DNA of 63,133 bases, the filler included, from Vannella sp. (lineage: Eukaryota), in the NCBI GenBank assembly GCA_023345925.1. It is 7 parts of 7 records of this genome, joined end to end, with 100 filler letters (N's around TTAATTAATTAA, not from the genome) between each part and the next. Parts side by side here need not be neighbours in the genome. Positions count along the whole stretch, not along the records: positions 50,532 to 57,953 come from JAJQQN010000418.1; positions 58,054 to 63,133 come from JAJQQN010000622.1; 5 more parts are not named here. One strand, 5' to 3'. Positions 55,382 through 63,133 of the stretch are shown piece after piece; position 1 is the first letter of the stretch, and every line of letters starts with the position of its first letter. Both the position numbers and the translations under genes were made by a program. The notes below the pieces were generated by a model. It saw only the letters and a program-made list of their open reading frames with translations. It had not been told where the DNA came from and made no database searches.

Positions 55382-56506
55382 CTAGCTCAAGAAAAGTGTC
55401 AGGCTGAAAGGCAAAGAGACTCCAATGTCACTCCAAACAGCAATCAAGACGCCTTCTTGCAAATATCTGTTTGAGGGAACGTTAAACTGCACAGTAACGC
55501 CAGTGGATCCTCTGCCGGTGGGACACCTCTGAAGAGATTCATACGAGATGCATTGCATCAGGTTGCACGGTCCCAGCATGACTTGAAGATTGGTATCAAC
55601 ATTAGTCGAAGAGCAGGTGGTCGCATTCACCAGCCCTTTAGGAAGGAACACTCGGTACCATACCGGAGAGACACCTTTTGGAATGGAACAGAGTGGAGGA
55701 CTTTTTGACTTTTGTGGATTGGTAAGGTTAGAAAGGGTGATGCTCTCCTCCACTTGCTCGTAAGACACTTCAATGGGAGTATGGCAATCTTTTCCGTCGG
55801 GAGTCGTTGCGGGAGGACATGCAGCTGCGGCCTTTCCACTGAGAACCTTGTCAGCATTTCGGTTAACTCGTCAGCCTTGACTTACTAGAAGACGTATTGG
55901 CATCCAACAGGCTCAGACTCTGAATACAAAGTGAAACTGGGAGATTCGGGGTCGCACGCCACGTAGATTGTTGATTGTCGGAGATTTCCATTTCCAGCAC
56001 AGAGGATTCCGTCCGTGTATCGGATCCCAACCCCAGATTGATAAATGGAATCGGCTTCTTCCCTTAAGTATCATTTCAATCAGCAGAGGAGAACACTCAC
56101 GCACGAACGGGACGAAGACTTGAGTGGAAACAAGTCCTGCAGAGTTGTAGACTCCTGCAGAAAGCTGACAACTTCCAGAAGGACCGTTCCTGCTGCAATC
56201 GGGATAAGTCACAGATGAGACCTTGTTGCAAAAGTTCACGTAGTACGTGTTCCCACCAGATGGAAATGAGTAACCGAGAGGTGGATTGGGGTTCCGAGGA
56301 TCGTAGCTGAGAGAACTCAGGTCAATGGTAGTACCATTAACAATAGTAGAGCAAGGAACCGCAGTGGAACGGCAGAGCTCCACACAGACTGCAATCAGAA
56401 GCAGCACCAACCACGAGGACGTGAAAAGATTCTCGCTTTCCACCCAGCAGAGCACGTGACCCAGATGGGAAGTTAGAAAAAGGGGGTTTTCGACATCTGC
56501 GATCAT
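55382..56506 (-). CDS. Secreted protein with mannose-6-phosphate receptor homology (MRH) domain plus Cys-rich beta domain (2 introns)
   Basis: IDLSSL, YYVNFC, CQ, YTDG..C, R.STIYVAC, E...CQY after splicing. Confidence 0.72.
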
Positions 56507-56581
56507 TTCACCGGCACTTGGTTTTTAATTTTACGTTGAACTGAGCTTTAACAGCCACACTGAGTCTGACTTGGAAGAAAG

Positions 56582-57708
56582 TTACTCCGGAATGTCCTGA
56601 AAGTACACAATGGAGCTGCGTTGGGTATTTTCTGGGAGAGCCACTCTGTGCACGGTGGGTTGGAATGGCAAGTCTTGCTCAGGAACTCCACTGGAACTGT
56701 AGAAGCGAGACAAGTTTTGGATTTTCTTCCCTGTTCGTGACATCAGCCGGATGTTGACCCTAAACATTCATGCTATTCTAAGGAGACTTACCAACAATCA
56801 CGTAGGCTTCCTCCATAGGCTTGCAATGCTTCTCAGGCATGAACCAACCTTGGTTCATTCGATCACGGATTTGAAGTGCCGGAACGGTCGAGCAAAGAAC
56901 GAAAGTCAAGAAGCCCATGTCCTCGTGAGTGGCGCAGTGGTAGAATTCTTCGCCACCTGTCCCACGAGTCATGTTTTTGTAGTCAAAGGTGGTAAGATAG
57001 GACCCTTTCTTGAAGAGTGGAGCAGCCGCTTCTGCAAAGTCGGTGGGATGGACAGTGACTTTGGTCGAGGGGATGATCTGGCGGGCCAGATTGAGGTACA
57101 GATGCTCGAGCAAGCTGTTGATTGGGTTCGCCAGATTATCAAACGACTCTTGCATCTCCTTGGGGATGCGTTGCGTTGAGTCATCTAGAGATAACCGCAA
57201 GACATCTTTCCCATCCAAAGCCAGGAACCCTTTGAATGGTCTCCGAGTCTTCAATAGGACAGATAATTGGCATGTCAGGAACCGGAGGACACTTGCAAGT
57301 CAAACTCACATCATCTGGGTCTTTGTTGATGCCTTTGAACTCCATCTTGTACTCCAAATCTTCCTCAAAGAATGTCTGAAGAAGAGTTAAACCAAAGAGC
57401 AAGGATGCGTCTCGATTCAGTCATACGCGGTTGATGTCCCAGTACGACTTGATGTTGGCTTGCTCCGTCTCGCTCAAGGAGAGAACAAAGAAGCCCTCAA
57501 CGTTGAGCCAATCCAAAGCTCGTTTCAGTTTCTTAGGATCCTGAACAAAGCGAGATGAGCTCTATGCCTTACTGCGAGCCCGAGTAGCTTCAGGCCATCT
57601 TACCGAAAACAGTTCTTCAGTGGTGAAGCGAGGGATCTCCACTTCAGAGAGTGGAAGAGTGCGCTTCTCGAGCTTCGACGGGCTCTTTCTTGAGAGGAAG
57701 AACGACAT
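56582..57708 (-). CDS. 2-oxoglutarate/Fe(II)-dependent oxygenase, multi-exon
   Basis: HEDMGFLT (HxD), LQI, VHRV, RSSIVYF (RxS). Confidence 0.8.
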
Positions 57709-57891
57709 GCCTTACCCACGGACACAAGAAAGTGAGGGAGAAAGAAGTCCACTCTTTTCCTGTACACGAGCTTTCACTGAATCGCTCTGTTTATAGACTG
57801 AACTGTTGTTTCAAACCAAACAAATTGCATTCAACCCATTGATAGAGTACAATCCAGGTTGTGGATTCACTTGTGATCATCATTCCCCGAC

Positions 57892-57910
57892 CTAGGGTTT
57901 AGGGTTTAGG
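57892..57910 (-). promoter_or_regulatory. Telo-box-like element, copy 3
   Basis: CTAGGGTTTAGGGTTTAGG, about 180 nt upstream of the oxygenase ATG. Confidence 0.5.
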
Positions 57911-57953
57911 AGTGATCTGCAACGCGAGGAGGAGTTGAGGGGAAGTGAGGAAG

Positions 57954-58053
57954 NNNNNNNNNNNNNNNNNNNNNNNNNNNNNNNNNNNNNNNNNNNNTTA
58001 ATTAATTAANNNNNNNNNNNNNNNNNNNNNNNNNNNNNNNNNNNNNNNNNNNN
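57954..58053. other. Artificial contig linker
   Basis: N/TTAATTAATTAA/N. Confidence 0.97.
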
Positions 58054-58100
58054 CGAATTGTTTTGGCCTTTTCCTCTCATTTCCCCTTGGGTTGGTGGTG

Positions 58101-58454
58101 ATGGCATTGCCGCTGTTGATCGGTCTCGGCGTAGCAGCAGTTGCTTTGGGGGCGAGACCCGCTGCAAATGCATTCAAACAAGTCATGAACCGCCCAGTTT
58201 CTGTTGCGCGGTACAAGGGAGGCTTCTCGGACCCTATGACGAAGAACGAGGCTTCTTTGATTCTCGGTCTCCGGTGAGGCGATTGCTTGCCAGCTCGTAG
58301 CTCCTAACGTTTGAGGGCTAGAACAGGCGCTGCTCCAGACAAGGTTAAGGCTGCACACAGAAAGCTAATGGCTTTGAATCATCCCGATCGCGGAGGCTCT
58401 TCCCTTCTTGCCACGAAGATTAACGAAGCAAAGCAGCTCCTACTGAAGGAGTGA
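58101..58454 (+). CDS. PAM18: Mitochondrial import J-protein Pam18/Tim14 (intron 58274-58321)
   Basis: YKGGF..M...[31 protein letters not shown]. Confidence 0.93.
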
Positions 58455-58502
58455 GCTACCCCATTGTACTTGTGAACAAGGCAAGTTAGGTTTAGAACAA
58501 AG

Positions 58503-59909
58503 TTAAAGACGCGCTTGTCCTTTGTTGTTCTTCATGTCCTGGACAGTGGCGATCATGACATCGATAACGGTGTCGATCTGGGTCTTGGTGATCGTGAGAG
58601 GAGGTTCGATTCGGATGACACGAGCGTTCACTAGAGTACCAGAGACAAGAACTCCACGAGTAAAGACTCCTGCAGAGAAGCGGTATCCATCATCGTTCAG
58701 GAAGAACTCCAGACCGATCATCAGGCCCAGTCCGCGGGTGTCTTTGATCATGTCAGGGAACATCTCTTGCATCTCCCGGAGCTTTTTGAGGAAGTACTCG
58801 CCGTTCGCTCTGCTAGCTTCCACCAGGCCTTCGTTGTGAATGACTTCCATGGTGGCGATGGCAGCCGCCATGGCCAAGGGATTGCCTCCAAAGGTAGTAG
58901 TGAGGATGAATGGGTTCTCCATGTACTTGGACCACACCTTGGCAGATCCAATGCAGGCACCAGTGGGCATGACGCCTCCTCCAAAGGCCTTTCCTACGGC
59001 CATGATGTCTGGCACCACACGGGCATGATCACAGCCCCACATCTTTCCTGTTCGGCCCATGCCTGTCTGGACTTCATCAAAGATGAGACAAGCACCATAT
59101 TGAGTGCACAAACGTCGGGCAGCGCGCATGTAATCCACCGAGGTGATGTTGATTCCGCCCTCTCCTTGGACAGGCTCGAGAATGACACCAGCAATCTGTC
59201 GTCCAGTGAAGTCAGACCCTTCAAAGTGACCTTCCAGAGCAGAAATATCGTTCAAGGGAAGGTGAGTGAAGTCCATCAGCGCTCCACGGAAGGGATTACG
59301 ATAGGCGGCCTTGCTGGTCGCACTGAGAGCGCCTAAAGTCTTCCCGTGGAAGGCTCCTGTTGTGGCTACGAAATGAGTACGACCAGTACAAAGCATCGCC
59401 ATCTTCAGACAAGCTTCAACAGACTCTGTGCCAGAGTTGGTGAAGAAAGAGTATTGCAGGTCCCCAGGGGCAATCCAGGCCAGTAGATGAGCTGCATAGG
59501 CACGGAGGGGATCCAGAAGCTCTTGAGAATGAAGTGCTTGCTTTCTGAGTTGTGCACGGACGGCAGCAACCACCTTTGGATGTCTGTGTCCGACGTTGAA
59601 GATGCCAAAGCCTCCCAAGCAATCAATGTACTCGGTACCATTCATACTCTTGAAGATGGATCCTCCTTCCTCCCCATCCTTCCACTCCACTGCTGTGTGT
59701 TCATCAGAAACGCTCTTGCGGTACTCCAAGAAGCCAGGGTTCACGTTCTCCTCCCAGTACTCAACGACCTCCTCCGTGATGTACTTGGCCTCCTCCTCAT
59801 TCAACGAGTCCTCCTTATAGATTAGACCCATCACATGACGGAACTCATCATCTAACGATCGTTCCTTCTCTGTAAGGATGAAAGGCGTCTTGTACTTCTT
59901 CACTGACAT
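58503..59909 (-). CDS. patA: Putrescine aminotransferase (class III PLP, PatA/YgjG-like), intronless
   Basis: VNPGFLEYRKSV, IDCLGGFGIFNVGHR, HSQELLDPLRA, DEVQTGMGRTG, KAFGGG, RIEPPL. Confidence 0.9.
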   Translation of the reverse strand: MSVKKYKTPFILTEKERSLDDEFRHVMGLIYKEDSLNEEEAKYITEEVVEYWEENVNPGFLEYRKSVSDEHTAVEWKDGEEGGSIFKSMNGTEYIDCLGGFGIFNVGHRHPKVVAAVRAQLRKQALHSQELLDPLRAYAAHLLAWIAPGDLQYSFFTNSGTESVEACLKMAMLCTGRTHFVATTGAFHGKTLGALSATSKAAYRNPFRGALMDFTHLPLNDISALEGHFEGSDFTGRQIAGVILEPVQGEGGINITSVDYMRAARRLCTQYGACLIFDEVQTGMGRTGKMWGCDHARVVPDIMAVGKAFGGGVMPTGACIGSAKVWSKYMENPFILTTTFGGNPLAMAAAIATMEVIHNEGLVEASRANGEYFLKKLREMQEMFPDMIKDTRGLGLMIGLEFFLNDDGYRFSAGVFTRGVLVSGTLVNARVIRIEPPLTITKTQIDTVIDVMIATVQDMKNNKGQARL

Positions 59910-60101
59910 GAGAAGGCCACCAGAAAATGACAACAAACCCCCAAAGCCCTCGAAATTGCAAAATAATTAAAACTGATGGTCTAGACCAAGAACTCCCCTT
60001 GTTGGCCCTTTTGAACCTCTTTGGGCCCTTTTGACCTCTTTGTGGCTGTTCGTTGTCATCGTTCTGGTCTCAAAACTGATTTATATGGAGAGAGGGGACT
60101 G

Positions 60102-61242
60102 TTAGAGGTCCTCGTCGCCACCAAACAGGCTGGCATCTGCTTCTTCTTCTGTGCCCTTTGGTCGGACGGCTATTCTTGTGATGGACATGCCTGTGGCTGT
60201 GATGATGTTGACAGGTACCTTGGGGTCAAACTTCTCCTCGGCCTGTTGGATCTCGTCGGCCTCGGCAGCGAGATCGTCATCGACGAACATCTCTGGGTTA
60301 GCCATGAACATCTCACGACCGCTCATCTGCACAGCACCCGACTTGATGTCTTGTCTTCGCTTCTTCAGACGCTCCTGCTCTTCTGCCTCCTTGGCAGCTG
60401 CCTTCTTGTTCTTCCACTCCAAGAAGCGCTCTGCTGTGACAGGCGTGTGCGTGGTCAGCTTCTTTCTCTGTTTCCGGGAGATGAGATGATGTAGTCTGTG
60501 TGGCTGGAGGGAGGCTTACCTCTGCTTCAATCTCCTCGACAATGTCGATGACAATGATCTCCTCCTTGACTCGATCGCGCTTCAGAACGTAGCCTGGAGG
60601 CAGAGCGTGACGGTACTTGCAATCCAAACCGTTTTGACACATCCAGAACCAACCATACTTGCGGTTCTCCACGGCATCAAGGAAATACTTGCAGACGATG
60701 TCCGTCTTGTTGGTGTTGTTGTGAATGGCGTGTCGTTTGGTAACGACATCTTCTAACTTCTCTTGGTCCCAGTCGTCCATGTTATCCTCAGCTTCATCGT
60801 CACGCACGTCCGAGTAGATGTCAATTTTAGCCGACTTTCGCTCCACAGCCAAGTCGTGAGAGTAGCGGCACTTGTTACCACGCACACACTTGCCCTGCTT
60901 AAAGAACTCGCAAACAAGCGACTTGGGATCCACACCTGCGCCCATGGGCCATCAAAACCTGTCCCAAGGCGACTCACTGCAACCCCAAGTGCGCTCCTTA
61001 CCTTTCTCTGCTTTCTTCTGATCCACAACAGGCTTGTACGCAATGAAAGCTTCCAGCTCGTCCTTCTCCTTGCCCTTCTTAGGCGGGGCCGCGAACTGGT
61101 TGTCCACTTGCTTCTGAACAGACTGCACGTACTTCTGGACCTTGGCACTCTTGTTCTTATTCTTCATACCAAACGTCTTATCCGCCACGATCTTCTCCTT
61201 CTTCGCCCCAGCATTCTTCACAGGCGCCTTCTTCGGGGGCAT
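60102..61242 (-). CDS. ZC3H15: CCCH zinc-finger protein Tma46/LEREPO4/DFRP1 (2 introns)
   Basis: [42 protein letters not shown]. Confidence 0.93.
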
Positions 61243-61305
61243 GGCGAGGAGGTCCGGGCGAGCACCAAATGAAGCGTTTGGGAGTTCAAATGGCTTCTAT
61301 TCGCT

Positions 61306-62936
61306 TTATTGAACCAACTGGGTGAGGAGAATGACCATTTGATCAATGCCAGAGCGTGCTACACTCGCTGGTTGGTTGGAGAAGTTGGTGATGATGCTGA
61401 AGATCACTTGGGGGAACTTAACAGACGCGTTGATGTATCCTGAGAGGGAACTAACGCCACTGACAGTGCCTATGATTGAGTGTGAGTGCGGGAAACGCGA
61501 GAGGGAGGCAGTGAGACACTTGCCTGTCTTTGCTTGGACTATTCCTTGTGCAGAAGTGCCTACGAAGCGATTTTTGAGTGTACCACTCTCTCCTGCAACC
61601 TATGAGGGAATCAGAAAGGGACATGCACATGGAGAGGAGGCAGCGTACAGGAAGGAAGGATCGATATGTTGAGCCGTTGGGCGTTCCCAGCATCATCCGA
61701 AGGACTTGAGCCATAGCTTGGGGGCTAACAAGGTTTTGTCTACTGAGTCCGCTCCCATCATCTTGCTTGAAAGAGGAGATGTCCACGCCGTTCTGCTGAA
61801 GAATGGCCCGAACCGCTGCCAGTCCTTTTGTTTGTGCATCAGAAGTGCTTTGGCTGGGAAACTCTTCTCCAAGAGTACGTAAGAAGCACTCAGCAAGGAG
61901 ATTGTCGCTCTCCTGGAGGGTATAGTTCATTGTGTCCACAAGAGCATAGGAGGAAAGAACTTTCCCGGCCACTGGCCAGCTCTCTGAGTCGTAAGGGCAT
62001 CGTCCAACCTCACTGGAGCCTACAGAAACACCTTCTTTCTCAAGGTAGTAGTCTAGTGTGCAGCGAAAGCGCTCAGCAGGTTGTTGAACCGCGCGGGAGA
62101 AGCTGGAATTGGCTCCCACAGAAACCTCTCCAGAGATGATGATGCGCGGATCTCCCAGTCGATAAGTCACTGTAATAGGATGGGTTACTGGTCCAGACAC
62201 TGACTTAGCGTTGTTCATTACGCTAATACAGTGATTGTCCACTTCATTCCCAAAGTCAATATCTGGGGGACTTCCTAAGTCACTTGTGAGACCTCTGCAG
62301 CCGATTCCTCAAGCACTTTAGACAACTGACCTGACTGAGTTCCCGTCACTGTCACAGTGACCGCATTTTGAGTGAGAATGAGGCTGTTAGGCTGAGCTCC
62401 GTCGGTAGACACCAAGTCTTCCCATTCCCACGCTTGCGGGAAGGTAGGAAAGAGACTGTCATCGTAAATGAGCTGCCCAAAAGACTTGATTGAGATGCTT
62501 AGATCCTTTGCAAGCTGCTCCAACTGGGAGATCTCCAACGTCGGGTCTCCCTTTCCCATCAAACAGGCTTCTGTAGACGGCTTTTCAGCTGTCAGGTACA
62601 TCAAGGGCGCAGGAGTGAGAGACGGCCTCTTACATTGGAGGGCTGGGCTACAAGGAAGGGAGTGGTGATACGAAAGGCGTCTCCAAGGAAGAGATAAGCG
62701 GGCGCTGTGGTGAGCACTTTGTTGTTACTTGCAGGAGTGAAAAGCTGACGGGAGTTCCGAGCGTAGATGGGCCCGTACGTTCCATTGGGAAGCTCCCGCT
62801 CCACAAGGATTCCCCATTCCATCCGGTCAAACTGGGGCTGTCGAAGGATGCCCTCAATCGCTGAAGGCAACTCTCCCACTCTTAACCCTGTCGCAAAAGC
62901 CACCAAAAGGACCATCCAAAAGCCACTTGCAACCAT
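61306..62936 (-). CDS. dacB: Secreted D-Ala-D-Ala carboxypeptidase/endopeptidase (peptidase S13, PBP4), multi-exon
   Basis: Signal peptide; PASNNK (SxxK), GDPTL, SDN (SxN), DGSGLSR.N; AKT|G completed across a GC-AG intron. Confidence 0.88.
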
Positions 62937-63133
62937 CAGGCGCTCTTTCCTCCTGTGGACACAATTGAATGAATTCCCGTCCATTCAAGTGAAAATGTAA
63001 TGTTTATTCAGTGATTTCAATTGTTACCCTGTTTTGAACACTGGTTCGATGAATGAACCGAATGCGGATTTCGACAATGATAATGGAGAACAGGACGATG
63101 CAGATGGCTGTGCCCACGAGTGCTGCTGAGATG

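Noticed and set aside
57840..57910. Telomerase RNA template or C/D snoRNA at the third telo-box (ATGATGA follows on the minus strand)
   Set aside because: The motif occurs three times, is longer than a typical template, and has no D box within range.
4606..58053. Six recurring TTAATTAATTAA palindromes as a repeat family or CRISPR-like array
   Set aside because: Each sits inside N runs totalling exactly 100 nt, so they are concatenation linkers. ORFs ending in X...LIN are artefacts.
1..63133. Window-wide operon or gene-cluster system
   Set aside because: Seven unlinked contigs, and neighbouring genes are functionally unrelated.
1..63133. Alternative genetic code or widespread frameshifting to explain fragmented ORFs
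   Set aside because: The breaks examined in recognisable genes resolve as short spliceosomal introns; only the SPS2 UGA is a true in-frame stop.
1..63133. tRNA (including tRNA-Sec), rRNA, spliceosomal snRNA, transposons
   Set aside because: No cloverleaf, extended rRNA or snRNA match, transposase or RT motif was seen by eye. Divergent copies could have been missed.

Overview
This is not a prokaryotic locus. It is seven contigs of a very compact eukaryotic nuclear genome joined by artificial 100-nt N/TTAATTAATTAA/N linkers, so adjacency across linkers has no biological meaning. Genes use the standard code, have short (about 45-75 nt) mostly GT-AG introns, and often lie under 80 bp apart. Gene content (GPCR-PIP5K fusion, secreted DacB/PBP4, Afi1/MesA, multi-SH3 adaptor) suggests a bacterivorous protist, most plausibly an amoebozoan (inference). 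About 35 protein genes are supported, mostly housekeeping. Highlights: (1) a selenophosphate synthetase with an in-frame UGA in KG-U-GCK, followed by a highly structured 250-nt 3' region with no clear canonical SECIS; (2) an intronless eukaryotic homologue of the bacterial 1-alkene-forming decarboxylase UndB, whose TATA box lies inside a perfect inverted repeat; (3) a 550-nt ORF-less, hairpin-rich interval with snoRNA-like boxes; (4) an identical telomere-like 18-mer upstream of three genes, plus a recurrent TCATT initiator; (5) several bacterial-type enzymes (PatA, DacB, methyltransferase-TPR). Family calls rest on motif recognition from memory; no searches were run. No CRISPR, tRNA, rRNA or mobile element was recognised.
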